From contig PMCA01000034.1 of the NCBI GenBank assembly GCA_003153935.1, positions 561 to 64,560 on the forward strand: 64,000 bases of DNA, written 5' to 3'. Positions 8,198 to 17,543 of the stretch are shown in pieces. How positions within the stretch are numbered: position 1 is the stretch's first letter; each line of letters starts with the position of its first letter. The translations under genes and the position numbers were made by a program. This DNA comes from Elusimicrobiota bacterium. Its GTDB lineage: Bacteria; CAYTYR01; UBA6262. The notes below the pieces were generated by a model. It was not told the DNA's origin. It did no database searches and saw only the letters and a list, made by a program, of their open reading frames with translations.

Positions 8198-8923
8198 ATG
8201 CGCATTGCATATTTAGATTGTTCCAGCGGGGTTAGCGGCGATATGCTGCTGGCGGCTTTGCTGGATGCCGGGATCGAGATAGCCGATTTAAGGAAAGTGT
8301 TAGCCAAATTAGATATTTCGGGATACTCTATCAGCGTCAAGAAAGTCAGGAAGGGCGCTCTCCTCGTTTCCCGGTTAGAAGTAAGAATTACTCGCCATCA
8401 GCATTTCCGCAGTTACCAGGATATTAAAAGCATAATCCAGAACAGCCGGATAAGCCCCGCGGTAAAAATAACAGCCATAAAAATATTAAGGAAACTGGGA
8501 CAGACCGAAGCCAAGGTGCATAAGTGCCGGCTGGAAGAGGTACATTTCCATGAGATCGGCGCCGTGGATACCATTATCGATATCGTGGGGACGGTTTGGG
8601 CGCTGTCCAGGCTGAAGATCGGGAAGATTTACTCTTCCCCGGTGAACGTGGGCTCAGGGACGGTAAGAACGGCCCATGGCATACTGCCGGTGCCGGCACC
8701 GGCTACTGCGGCGTTGCTTAAAAATATCCCCACTTACAGTTCCGGAATAAAACAGGAACTGGCTACGCCTACCGGCGCGGTACTGGTCTCAACTCTTAGC
8801 CATAGTTTTGGACACTTGCCGGAAATGAGGGTGCTGGCGGTAGGAAACAGCTGCGGCAGCCGTGAGGTTCCCGGTCATGCCAACCTGTTCCGGGTGATAA
8901 TAGGGCAAAAGGGTAAAAAGTAA
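8198..8923 (+). CDS. larC: Nickel insertase LarC, N-terminal domain only (241 aa)
   Basis: YLDCSSGVSGDMLLAAL, VHFHEIGAVDTIIDIVG, AHGILPVPAPAT, ELATPTGA; ends after NLFRVIIG. Confidence 0.85.
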   Translation: MRIAYLDCSSGVSGDMLLAALLDAGIEIADLRKVLAKLDISGYSISVKKVRKGALLVSRLEVRITRHQHFRSYQDIKSIIQNSRISPAVKITAIKILRKLGQTEAKVHKCRLEEVHFHEIGAVDTIIDIVGTVWALSRLKIGKIYSSPVNVGSGTVRTAHGILPVPAPATAALLKNIPTYSSGIKQELATPTGAVLVSTLSHSFGHLPEMRVLAVGNSCGSREVPGHANLFRVIIGQKGKK

Positions 8924-8931
8924 AAAAATGC

Positions 8932-8960
8932 TTGGCTATTAAAATAGAATTTGTTATAAT
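8932..8960 (+). promoter_or_regulatory. Sigma70-type promoter with extended -10 upstream of the pseudopilin-HAMP-PilZ unit
   Basis: TTGGCT (8932-8937), 17 bp, TATAAT (8955-8960), TG at 8952-8953. Confidence 0.7.
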
Positions 8961-8986
8961 AACCAAAATCAGATAAAAGGCGGAAT

Positions 8987-9403
8987 ATGCTGAATTCGGC
9001 CAGAGCAAAGATACTGAAGAATGAACATGGTTTCTCCATGACCTTTATTTTCCTGGTCCTGGTTATTGTTTTGGTGGTGGCCTGGATCATTCCCAGCTAT
9101 CTGAAGATCCATAACATGGCTCAGCAAAAAGCGACCAGGGGAGATCTGGATAACCTGCGTAAGGGCATAAACCTCTTTTTCCTGCAGCGCGGGCGGTATC
9201 CTTACAGCCTGGAAGATCTTGAACCGAATTTCGTCCATCCTTTCCCGCAAGTTCGCTTGGGTCTACCCGGCTATCCTGAAACGCGCCAAGTCACCAGGGT
9301 GTTGGTGGATTCAGGTATGTGGTTTTATGATGAAAATACGGGAGAAGTTAAGATAGATTGCTCAACCAAAGATCGTGACGGCGAAGTCATCAAAGACTGG
9401 TAG
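8987..9403 (+). CDS. Type IV pilin / GspG-like pseudopilin with atypical N-terminus
   Basis: Basic leader, G|FSMTF followed by a hydrophobic helix; LDNLRKGINLF...GRYPYSLEDL resembles the GspG alpha1 region. Confidence 0.65.
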   Translation: MLNSARAKILKNEHGFSMTFIFLVLVIVLVVAWIIPSYLKIHNMAQQKATRGDLDNLRKGINLFFLQRGRYPYSLEDLEPNFVHPFPQVRLGLPGYPETRQVTRVLVDSGMWFYDENTGEVKIDCSTKDRDGEVIKDW

Positions 9404-9414
9404 CGGAGGAATGA

Positions 9415-10017
9415 ATGCCGGAACAGGTAAAATTCAAGAATAGAAGAAAAAGGCTGATCATCGCCAGAAGCCTGCAATTCCGCTATGTAAGCGTGGTTTT
9501 GCTGGCTATGCTGTTCGTGGCATTGCTGGAAGGATTTATCGTTTATAAAACCATCTGGAACGAGTTGCTGGCGGAATCACGCTACAGCGACTGGGCTCCA
9601 TTACTGACCTCGGTCATGAAAAAAGCTGATCTCCGGATAATGTTCGGGCTGGTCGGCTCGATCGCGGTCATGCTGATCATCAGTATTTATATGTCCCATA
9701 AAATAGCCGGTCCGATCTACCGCATAAAGAAATTCATGGTGGAAGCGGCCAAAGGGGACCTGAGCTTCGAGCTGCGCCTGCGCAAGGGCGATGAGCTGAC
9801 CGACCTGGTAGACGAGTTCAACCTGATGGTTAAGGGGCTCCGGTCCATTATCAGCCAGGACCGTGAAAAGGTGGGCGGGATAATGCGGGAAGCGGAAGAA
9901 ACGCTGATGATCGTTAACCGCGCTACGGTCACCGCCGATGAGAAGAAACAGACTGCGGACCATCTCAAGAGCCTGATCGTTAAACTTAAAGATATCACGG
10001 GTCAATTCAAAGTATAG
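9415..10017 (+). CDS. Membrane protein with HAMP domain and short coiled coil
   Basis: Two TM helices; SHKIAGPIYRI...GDLSFELRLRKGDELTDLVDEFNLMV (HAMP); no kinase or full MCP domain. Confidence 0.8.
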   Translation: MPEQVKFKNRRKRLIIARSLQFRYVSVVLLAMLFVALLEGFIVYKTIWNELLAESRYSDWAPLLTSVMKKADLRIMFGLVGSIAVMLIISIYMSHKIAGPIYRIKKFMVEAAKGDLSFELRLRKGDELTDLVDEFNLMVKGLRSIISQDREKVGGIMREAEETLMIVNRATVTADEKKQTADHLKSLIVKLKDITGQFKV

Positions 10018-10046
10018 GGATCAACCACAAAAAGAGCGAGGGCCTT

Positions 10047-10427
10047 ATGTCGCTAGAAAAAAGACAGTTCTTCAGATTTTCCACCTGCGTGCCGGTAAAG
10101 TTCTTTAACGCTTTTGCCCCGGGACAAGGTTATTCGGGAATGGTAACCAATATCAGCGCCGGCGGCTGCCAGATCTTCGTCAAAGGGGAATGCCAGAGCT
10201 TGAATTACGTGGTATTGAACATGCATCTGCCTAACGGCGTGCTGCTGGACCTGATCAATGCCCGGATCATGTACGAAAATAAGGAATCGGACGGCACCCA
10301 TCTGGGCGTAATGTTCATGAATATGGATATAAAAAAGCTCAGCGTGCTGGTGGATTTCCTGTCGGACCTGGAAGCGCAGGAAAAGGAAAAAAGCCCCAAG
10401 CCCCAGAGTGAACAGACCACGCCGTAA
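10047..10427 (+). CDS. PilZ-domain (c-di-GMP binding) protein
   Basis: EKRQFFR (RxxxR) and NISAGG ([D/N]xSxxG) motifs; LGVMF near the end. Confidence 0.85.
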   Translation: MSLEKRQFFRFSTCVPVKFFNAFAPGQGYSGMVTNISAGGCQIFVKGECQSLNYVVLNMHLPNGVLLDLINARIMYENKESDGTHLGVMFMNMDIKKLSVLVDFLSDLEAQEKEKSPKPQSEQTTP

Positions 10428-10453
10428 ACTGCCGATCAAACTCACGGGAAAAA

Positions 10454-11950
10454 ATGAAAATATTATTAGCCGGATATAATTTAGATACAGACGTCATCAA
10501 AGACCTGACTAAGGGCGATCCGCTGCGTGCCGATGTCACGCCGGAAACCCTTTCCGCCGCTTACGCGCGCATCAGCCGGGATCCCCGCCCGGTGGATGAA
10601 CTGCGGCAGGCCGCCCGCGCCGAAGTAGAGAACGCCCGCAAATCCAACAAAAGCATTATCTTCAAGATGGGGCATCATTCCGTCGCCGAACACGCCGTCT
10701 TTAATTTCGACATTATCGGCGTCTCCCGCCTGGCCCTGGAAGAGCTGGAAAAATTCCGCCTCTGTTCCTATACCGAAAAATCCCAGCGTTACATCACCCT
10801 GGCCGATGATTACATAATCCCGCAGGAATTGAAGATGAGCCAGTTCATCAGGGAATACACCGCGACCATCCAGCTGCAGAATGATTTTTATAAGCGCGCT
10901 TTTGAGGCCCTGAAAAATTACATTAACTACAAGCACCCGGAAGAGGCCAAGGATCCCAAGAAGCAGATCCTGCTGGAGGGCTGGGCCAAGGAAGACGCCC
11001 GTTACATCACCAGTCTGGCCACCGCCGGCCAGTTAGGGGAAACGATTAACGCCCGTAACCTCGAACTGGTCATCAGGCGTTTTGCCAGCCATCCTCTGCG
11101 GGAAGTGCAGGAGATCGGCCGCAAAATGTACAACCTGGTCGCCGGCGTTGCACCCTCGATCATCATATTTACCGAAGCCAACGAATTCGACCAGAAAACC
11201 TATCCGGCGTTAAAACATTTGAGTGAAACTATCCTGCATGCCAAGCAGATAGTGCCTGAGTCCTATCCAGGGGAGGTCAGCCTGGTGGATTACAGCCTGC
11301 ATGGGGACGACCTGCTGGTGGCTTCCATGATGCATACCACCAGTAAGATCCCGTACCGGCAATGCCTGAACTTGGTGCGGTTGCTGAAACCCGAACAGAA
11401 GAAGGAATTTATCAAAACTGCCTGCCAGCACCTGCAGTTATATGACTCCACTTTACGGGAGTTTGAATATCCGTCCATGACCTTTGAGCTGAATATGTCG
11501 GCGAGCTGTTTCGCCCAGTTCAAACGGCACCGTTTAGCCACTATTACTACCCAGGAATATAATCCTGACCTGGGCGTGGTCATACCTCAGGCTATCAAGG
11601 AAGTCGAAATGGACAAGGAATTCAAGGAAATTATCGACAAGACCAATGAAGTATATAAGAAGATATACGCTTCATTCCCATTAGCCGCGCCTTATATCCT
11701 GACTAACGCCCACCAGCGCAGAGTCCTTACGAAAGTGAACGCCCGGGAGCTATATCACATGTCCCGCCTGCGGGAAGATGAGCACGCGCAGTGGGAGATC
11801 AGGCAAAAGACCGCCAAGATGAGCGAGCAGGCCAAGAGGGTTATGCCCCTGACCATGCTTTTGATGGGCGGCAAAGACTCCTACCCTAAAGTTTACGAGC
11901 AGGAATTCGGCCATCCTCCGAAAGTAGTCAACCCGGTTCTTCCCACCTGA
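10454..11950 (+). CDS. thyX: FAD-dependent thymidylate synthase, tandem two-domain form
   Basis: GHHSVAEHA, SYTEKSQRY, EDARY, NARNL (domain 1); KRHRL, NARELYHMSRLREDEHAQWEIR (domain 2). Confidence 0.88.
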   Translation: MKILLAGYNLDTDVIKDLTKGDPLRADVTPETLSAAYARISRDPRPVDELRQAARAEVENARKSNKSIIFKMGHHSVAEHAVFNFDIIGVSRLALEELEKFRLCSYTEKSQRYITLADDYIIPQELKMSQFIREYTATIQLQNDFYKRAFEALKNYINYKHPEEAKDPKKQILLEGWAKEDARYITSLATAGQLGETINARNLELVIRRFASHPLREVQEIGRKMYNLVAGVAPSIIIFTEANEFDQKTYPALKHLSETILHAKQIVPESYPGEVSLVDYSLHGDDLLVASMMHTTSKIPYRQCLNLVRLLKPEQKKEFIKTACQHLQLYDSTLREFEYPSMTFELNMSASCFAQFKRHRLATITTQEYNPDLGVVIPQAIKEVEMDKEFKEIIDKTNEVYKKIYASFPLAAPYILTNAHQRRVLTKVNARELYHMSRLREDEHAQWEIRQKTAKMSEQAKRVMPLTMLLMGGKDSYPKVYEQEFGHPPKVVNPVLPT

Positions 11951-11997
11951 CATAACCCGATATTAAATATATAGATAATGTAAAGGAGGCAATTGTT

Positions 11998-12519
11998 ATG
12001 GCTAAGATTACGGATGCTTTGAAGATCAGTATCGATTTCGAAAAAAGGGGAGTTGGGCTCTATTTATTGCTGGCGACCAAAACCAAGAACCCGCTGGCTA
12101 AAAGATTATTCTACAACCTGGCGATGCAGGAGATACAGCATATCCTGAAATTCGAGGATATTTACCAGGACCTGAAGGATAACAACAAGTGGCCGCGCTG
12201 GACAGTGGAAGAGGGTGAGAAACTGGAATTCGTCATCAGGGCGTTCTTCCATGAAGCCAAGAAGGACGAGTCCATCAAGTTGGCCGACAACGTCAAGGGG
12301 CTGGAGCTGGCCATGCAGATGGAGAAAAAAGGGTACGCTATGTATGAGCAGTTCCTGGCCAAAGCCAAAGACGCCAATGAGAAGTTGTTCTATAAAGAGC
12401 TGCTGAAACAGGAAAATTCCCATTACGAAGCACTGGCCAACGTGCATTTGTACCTGACCCAGACCAGCGACTGGTTCACGGATGAAGAAAGTAAGGTTTG
12501 GAAATGGATGAATCTGTAG
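11998..12519 (+). CDS. Ferritin/rubrerythrin-like diiron protein
   Basis: Two repeats of E..G...Y...ExxH (FEKRG..QEIQH; MEKKG..QENSH); SD aaggagg. Confidence 0.85.
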   Translation: MAKITDALKISIDFEKRGVGLYLLLATKTKNPLAKRLFYNLAMQEIQHILKFEDIYQDLKDNNKWPRWTVEEGEKLEFVIRAFFHEAKKDESIKLADNVKGLELAMQMEKKGYAMYEQFLAKAKDANEKLFYKELLKQENSHYEALANVHLYLTQTSDWFTDEESKVWKWMNL

Positions 12520-12521
12520 AA

Positions 12522-12556
12522 TAGATGGCGGATAACAGATGGCAGATGACAGTTGT
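12522..12556. repeat. Intergenic heptamer tandem repeat (cagatgg family)
   Basis: tagatgg-cggataa-cagatgg-cagatga-cagttgt. Confidence 0.7.
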
Positions 12557-12571
12557 AACAAGGAGAGTTGA

Positions 12572-13384
12572 TTGAAAGAATTTTTGAAAGAAGCCATCGC
12601 GGTGGCGCTGAAAAGCGGAGAGATGATTCGCCGGCATGTAGGAAAAGCCAAAGATATCTCTTTTAAAGGGGCGGCCGACCTGGTCACGGATGTGGACAAG
12701 AGGTCCGAAGCCCTGATCAAAAGCTACCTGGCCAAAAAGTTTCCTACTCACCAGTTCCTGGGAGAAGAGGGTGGGGGAGACCGGACCGGATGTGCTTATC
12801 GCTGGGTAGTGGACCCGATCGACGGCACTACCAATTTCGTCCATGATCTTCCTTATTTCAGCGTTTCTATCGCCTTGGAATCTGACTGTAAGCCGGTCCT
12901 CGGAGTGGTTTACGACCCAGTGCATAACGAGCTATTCCACGCTGTCAAAGGCGGCGGGGCTTTCCTAAATAAAAAAAGCATCAAGGTATCCAAAGTCAAA
13001 GAATTAAAACAATCACTGCTCTGCACCGGGTTCGCTTACGAGCTGAAAGATACCCGGGACTCCAATGTCGAGCATTTCGTGGATTTCCTGCTGGCTGCGC
13101 AGGCGATCAGGCGCCTGGGCTCGGCTTCGCTGGATATGTGCTATGTGGCCTGCGGCAGGTTTGACGGCTACTGGGAAGTAGGGCTGAAACCCTGGGACAC
13201 CGCCGCAGCCCTGATAATATTGAAAGAAGCCGGGGGCAAAGCTACCAAGTTTAACGGCAGCCCTTATTCGCATTACGACCAGGAGATCCTGGTATCCAAC
13301 GGACTGCTGCATAAAAAAATGGAAGACGTGCTGATGCGCCGCCGCCGGGTACGCCACTGCAAGGTTACGTTTGGTAAATACTAA
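12572..13384 (+). CDS. suhB: Inositol monophosphatase family protein (SuhB-like)
   Basis: GEE, WVVDPIDGTTNF, RRLGSASLD, GRFDGYWE, KPWDTAAA; TTG start. Confidence 0.88.
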   Translation: MKEFLKEAIAVALKSGEMIRRHVGKAKDISFKGAADLVTDVDKRSEALIKSYLAKKFPTHQFLGEEGGGDRTGCAYRWVVDPIDGTTNFVHDLPYFSVSIALESDCKPVLGVVYDPVHNELFHAVKGGGAFLNKKSIKVSKVKELKQSLLCTGFAYELKDTRDSNVEHFVDFLLAAQAIRRLGSASLDMCYVACGRFDGYWEVGLKPWDTAAALIILKEAGGKATKFNGSPYSHYDQEILVSNGLLHKKMEDVLMRRRRVRHCKVTFGKY

Positions 13385-16053
13385 TGAAAAAGAAATTGTA
13401 CATAATCGATGGCAACGCTTATATCCATCGCGCTTTCCACGCCCTGCCGATGCTGACCAATTCCCAGGGGCTGGTGATAAACGCTGTTTATGGCTTTACC
13501 AGGACCTTATTAAAGATCATCAAGCGCGACCAGCCCGATTATCTCGCCGTTTGTTTTGACTCGCCTCATCCGACTTTCCGGCACAAAGAATTCGAACAAT
13601 ACAAAGCCACCCGTAAGGAAACCCCACCTGAGCTGAAATCCCAACTGCCCATGGTCAGGGAGATGGTGGAGGCCCTGAACATCCCGGTCTACCAGCTGGC
13701 GGGCTATGAAGCTGATGACCTGATCGCCACTATTGCCCATAAAGTGGAGGAACAGGGCATAGATACCGTTATTGTTAGCGGCGACAAGGACGTCCTGCAG
13801 ATGGTCAATCCGGATGTAAAGGTCCTGACCGAACCCAAAGAAACCATGTTTACCGAGAAAGAGGTAAAGGAGAAATACGGATTCGGCCCCGAGCATATCA
13901 TCGACTACCTGGGATTGTGCGGGGATTCCAGCGATAATATACCGGGCGTGCCCGGCATAGGCGAAAAGACGGCGACCAAGCTGGTCAGCGAATTTGGCAG
14001 TATCGAGAATATTTACGCGAACCTGGATAAACTTCCGGCCGCGGTCAAGAATAAAATGGAAGCCGGACGTGAATCGGCTTTTGCGTCCAAACGGCTGGTG
14101 ACCCTGGTTCAGGACGTACCGGTAGAGGTGGAGCTGGATAAACTGGCGCTTCACCCGATAGACCAGAAAAAGGCGCTGGAGCTGTTTAATAAATACGAAT
14201 TCAAGACCCTGATCACGGAACTGATAGATCAGAAGCAGGATAAGGATACAAATTATAAAGTGCTGGCGGATGGCGCAGGCCTGCGGGAGCTGATCAGCCG
14301 GACAGAGAAGCAAAAGGCAGTATCCGTAGACTTGGAAACGGACTCTGCCGACCCGATGCGCGCTCATTCCGTGGGTATGGTCTTCAGCCTGGGCCCCAAA
14401 GAAGCGTTTTATATACCCACCGCCCACACTCATGCTGCCGCTCCTAAACAAGATAAGAAGAGTACCCTGGAGTCCTTCCGCGGAGTTCTTGAAGATAAGC
14501 AGATTAAGAAATACGGACAGAACCTGAAGTACGACCTGTTGGTACTGCGCAATGAAGATATAACCTTGCGGGGCATATCATTTGATACGATGATCGCTTC
14601 TTACCTCATCAATCCTTCCAAATTCAAACATAATCTCGAAGATATCGTCGCCGAGTACTTGCAATACAAGATGACCCCGATCAGCGACTTGATCGGCAAG
14701 GGGGCTAAACAGATCACGATGGATCAGGTCCAGGTGGAAACCGTATCCGATTATGCCTGCGCCCAGGCGGATATGGTCTGGCGGCTAGTAGAGAAACTAT
14801 CGGGCCTGCTTAAGGAAAGAGATCTGGACAGCCTGTTCTATAAGGTGGAAATGCCGTTGATGGAAATACTGGCGGATATGGAATATGCCGGTATCCTGGT
14901 TGACCTGGGCTATCTGAAGAAATTGGCCGTTGAGTTTGAAGAAAAAATATACGGGCTGGAACAGCAGATATATAAACTGGCCGGTGGTGAGTTCAATATT
15001 AATTCCCCACAGCAGTTGGCCAAGATATTATTCGAGAAGCTGAATTTGCCGGTGATCGAGCGCACCAAAACAGGCGCTTCCACTAACGAATCGGTGCTGA
15101 AGCAGTTATCGTCCAGCCATGAACTGCCCAAGCTTATCATGCAGTACAGGGAGCTGGCTAAGTTAAAATCAACTTACATCGACCCGGTCCCGGAAATGGT
15201 CAATCCCAAAACTGGGCGCCTGCATACTTCCTTTAACCAAACCGTTACCGCCACGGGGCGGTTGTCGTCAAGTGAACCTAATCTGCAGAATATTCCTATC
15301 CGCACCGAGATCGGGCGGTCTATCCGCCGCGCCTTCATCCCTAAAGAGGGCTGCGTCTTCATCGACGCGGACTATTCGCAGATCGACCTGCGGGTCCTGG
15401 CGCATATGTCCGGCGATGAGAATATGAGCGCGGCGTTCCGTAATAACGAGGATATCCACAACCATACCGCCTGCGAAATATTCGGCATCAAACCGGAAGA
15501 GGTGGATGAAGAAAAAAGGCGTATCGCCAAAACAGTTAACTTCGGTCTTTCCTACGGGATGAGCCCGTTTGGGCTGTCGCAGAACCTGGGTATACCTACG
15601 GGCATTGCTAAGGAATACATTGAGAAATATTTTACCCGGTATAAAGGGGTAAAGAAATATATGGAAGATATAGTTAAGACAGCGCAAAAAGACGGGTTTG
15701 TAACCACTTTGCTGAACCGGCGCCGTTATTTGCCGGAGATTAGCGCCAAGAATGGAACGGTCCGGTCATTTGCCGAACGGGTAGCCATTAATATGCCGAT
15801 ACAGGGTACCGCCTCCGACATAATCAAGGTAGCGATGATAAACATAGCGCATCGCCTTAATGCGGAAAAACTGAAAACCAAAATGCTGCTGCAGGTGCAT
15901 GATGAATTAATATTTGAAACGCTTAAAGATGAGGTCACTAAGGTCAAAAAGCTGGTGAAAGAGGAGATGGAAGGGGCAATTAAGCTGGATGTGCCTCTGA
16001 TTGCCAATATTAGCATTGGCGCCAATTGGCGGGACCTGGAGGAAACAGAATGA
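13384..16053 (+). CDS. polA: DNA polymerase I
   Basis: 5'-3' exonuclease (IIDGNAYIHRAF, YKATR, EADD), 3'-5' exonuclease-like domain, polymerase motifs TGRLSSSEPNLQNIP, ADYSQI, AKTVNFG, LQVHDEL. Confidence 0.98.
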   Translation: MKKKLYIIDGNAYIHRAFHALPMLTNSQGLVINAVYGFTRTLLKIIKRDQPDYLAVCFDSPHPTFRHKEFEQYKATRKETPPELKSQLPMVREMVEALNIPVYQLAGYEADDLIATIAHKVEEQGIDTVIVSGDKDVLQMVNPDVKVLTEPKETMFTEKEVKEKYGFGPEHIIDYLGLCGDSSDNIPGVPGIGEKTATKLVSEFGSIENIYANLDKLPAAVKNKMEAGRESAFASKRLVTLVQDVPVEVELDKLALHPIDQKKALELFNKYEFKTLITELIDQKQDKDTNYKVLADGAGLRELISRTEKQKAVSVDLETDSADPMRAHSVGMVFSLGPKEAFYIPTAHTHAAAPKQDKKSTLESFRGVLEDKQIKKYGQNLKYDLLVLRNEDITLRGISFDTMIASYLINPSKFKHNLEDIVAEYLQYKMTPISDLIGKGAKQITMDQVQVETVSDYACAQADMVWRLVEKLSGLLKERDLDSLFYKVEMPLMEILADMEYAGILVDLGYLKKLAVEFEEKIYGLEQQIYKLAGGEFNINSPQQLAKILFEKLNLPVIERTKTGASTNESVLKQLSSSHELPKLIMQYRELAKLKSTYIDPVPEMVNPKTGRLHTSFNQTVTATGRLSSSEPNLQNIPIRTEIGRSIRRAFIPKEGCVFIDADYSQIDLRVLAHMSGDENMSAAFRNNEDIHNHTACEIFGIKPEEVDEEKRRIAKTVNFGLSYGMSPFGLSQNLGIPTGIAKEYIEKYFTRYKGVKKYMEDIVKTAQKDGFVTTLLNRRRYLPEISAKNGTVRSFAERVAINMPIQGTASDIIKVAMINIAHRLNAEKLKTKMLLQVHDELIFETLKDEVTKVKKLVKEEMEGAIKLDVPLIANISIGANWRDLEETE

Positions 16054-16445
16054 TCCGGAAACTTATATATTGGCTGGCCAGCTGGCTGGGGATATTTATC
16101 AGCTCGATCTGGATGATATTTGTTACCGGGCAATTCGTGACCGGAGCCGATATTGGGTTTATCAACTACCTGATGCAATTGTTCGGGGGATTGATGCTGG
16201 TATTTACGGTCCTGATAGCCATCAGGCGGCCGGTATTAGGCGGAGCATGGCTTTTTACAGAAGGATTTTTATTTATAATGTTTTGTCGGTACAAAGGAGT
16301 ATTAACAGCGCCGAATTTATTTAATGGACTGGCGCCGATGGTAGTGGCGTTGTTGTTCCTGGTCTCACAGCGGGGATACACGAATGAGCCGCCGCTGATC
16401 ATTCCCGAACCAGATAAGGAACATCAATATAAATTCCCGGAGTGA
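16050..16445 (+). CDS. Small 4-TM hypothetical membrane protein
   Basis: ATGA overlap with the polA stop; four hydrophobic segments. Confidence 0.7.
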   Translation: MIRKLIYWLASWLGIFISSIWMIFVTGQFVTGADIGFINYLMQLFGGLMLVFTVLIAIRRPVLGGAWLFTEGFLFIMFCRYKGVLTAPNLFNGLAPMVVALLFLVSQRGYTNEPPLIIPEPDKEHQYKFPE

Positions 16446-16458
16446 TATCGCGCGGGTC

Positions 16459-16564
16459 CTGTCTCAGGTCAATTTCTCGGGCCATCATGGTTTTCGAGAC
16501 TTCTTGGAAGTACCAACTTGCTCTCGAAAACCAGATGTCTCTTTCGAAATTAACCTTTCGCCAC
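16459..16564 (+). repeat. About 100-bp palindromic repeat, copy 1 (diverged)
   Basis: Shares tgtctc, catcatg.ttttcga and tcgaaaaccagatgtctct..cgaaat.aacc..tcg.cac with copy 3. Confidence 0.8.
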
Positions 16565-16584
16565 CCCCGCTGGTTATGAGCGGT

Positions 16585-16684
16585 GTGTTGAGTGGTTGAT
16601 TTCGACGAGGCATTTACTTTTCGAACCAAGGCTCTTGACGCTTATTTCGAAAAGTATAATGACCAAGAAATCAATCCGAGACAC
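16585..16684 (-). repeat. 100-bp palindromic repeat, copy 2 (inverted)
   Basis: Its reverse complement matches 17544-17643 at 87 of 100 positions without gaps (manual count). Confidence 0.92.
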
Positions 16685-16715
16685 AAGCCGCTCAGATGAG
16701 TTTAAATGGAGTTTT

Positions 16716-17537
16716 ATGCCTGAATTGCCGGAAGTGGAAACAGTACGACGAGCTTTGGAGAAAAGGATCATCGGCAGGAAAATACTGGCCGTGGAATCCA
16801 ATTTTCCTAAAATAGTCTCGACTCCTTCATTTAAAACCTTTGCCAGTCAGATCAAGGGCAGTAAAATTGAGGCTATGTTCCGCCGGGGTAAGTTCCTGAT
16901 ATTCGACCTGAGCGGCGGCCTGTCCATGATCTCGCACTTGCGCATGACCGGACACTGGCTGGTGACAAAGAACCTGCCCGATAGCAAATTCATCCATCTT
17001 AAACTTAAATTATCCGATGGCCATACACTGGCTTACAGCGATATCCGCAAATTCGGCCGCATCTGGCTGATCGAGCGCCAGGATTTCGCGTTGTTCAAAC
17101 CTTTTGCCAAGCTGGGTATTGAACCTCTGTCAAAGGGGTTCACCATGGAAGCATTCTCAGGGAGGCTGGCTAAATACAAGAACAATATAAAGCAAGTATT
17201 GCTTAATCAGCAGGTTGTGGCGGGTCTGGGAAATATTTATGTTGATGAGGTGCTCTTTTCGGCAGGGGTGCGGCCGTCAAGGAAAGTGCCGAGCTTAACC
17301 AAAACTGAAATATTGAAAATATTCAAGGCCATCAGGCGGATTTTGGCACTGGCGATAAAGCATGGTGGAACCACGGTGGAGAATTTTACGACACCGGAGG
17401 GCGGCACCGGGTATTTCCAGAATAAGCTGAAAATATATGGCAGAAAAGGCCAGAAGTGCTATAATTGTAAGGGAACGGTCAGCCGGATAGTCATCGCCGG
17501 CCGGGGAACGCATTTTTGTAAGAGTTGTCAAAAATGA
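16716..17537 (+). CDS. mutM: Formamidopyrimidine-DNA glycosylase
   Basis: MPELPEVETV start, RRGKFL, HLRMTG, GLGNIYVDE, C-terminal zinc finger CYNC...GRGTHFCKSCQ. Confidence 0.97.
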   Translation: MPELPEVETVRRALEKRIIGRKILAVESNFPKIVSTPSFKTFASQIKGSKIEAMFRRGKFLIFDLSGGLSMISHLRMTGHWLVTKNLPDSKFIHLKLKLSDGHTLAYSDIRKFGRIWLIERQDFALFKPFAKLGIEPLSKGFTMEAFSGRLAKYKNNIKQVLLNQQVVAGLGNIYVDEVLFSAGVRPSRKVPSLTKTEILKIFKAIRRILALAIKHGGTTVENFTTPEGGTGYFQNKLKIYGRKGQKCYNCKGTVSRIVIAGRGTHFCKSCQK

Positions 17538-17543
17538 GTAAGG

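Noticed and set aside
8900-8986. Programmed frameshift into a larC2 domain
   Set aside because: Both alternative frames close within about 20 codons and show no LarC2-like sequence; the region holds a promoter.
12572-13384. Histidinol-phosphatase (HisN) assignment
   Set aside because: Motifs fit generic SuhB-type IMPase and the gene is more than 11 kb from the his block; possible but unsupported.
13510-14451. Long minus-strand ORFs (this one, 43126-44037, 2148-2858, 44929-45645 and others)
   Set aside because: They lie antisense to well-supported genes and have no recognisable motifs; treated as shadow ORFs.
16001-16324. Alternative plus-strand 107-aa ORF
   Set aside because: It overlaps polA and the better-supported, translationally coupled membrane ORF 16050-16445.
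16635-16660. TTGACG...TATAAT promoter inside repeat copy 2
   Set aside because: The spacer is only 14 bp, too short for a sigma70 promoter, and the motif is not kept in the other copies.
16596-16715. N-terminal extension of MutM in the ORF track
   Set aside because: It reads through repeat copy 2; MutM needs the N-terminal Pro of MPELPEV, so the start is 16716.
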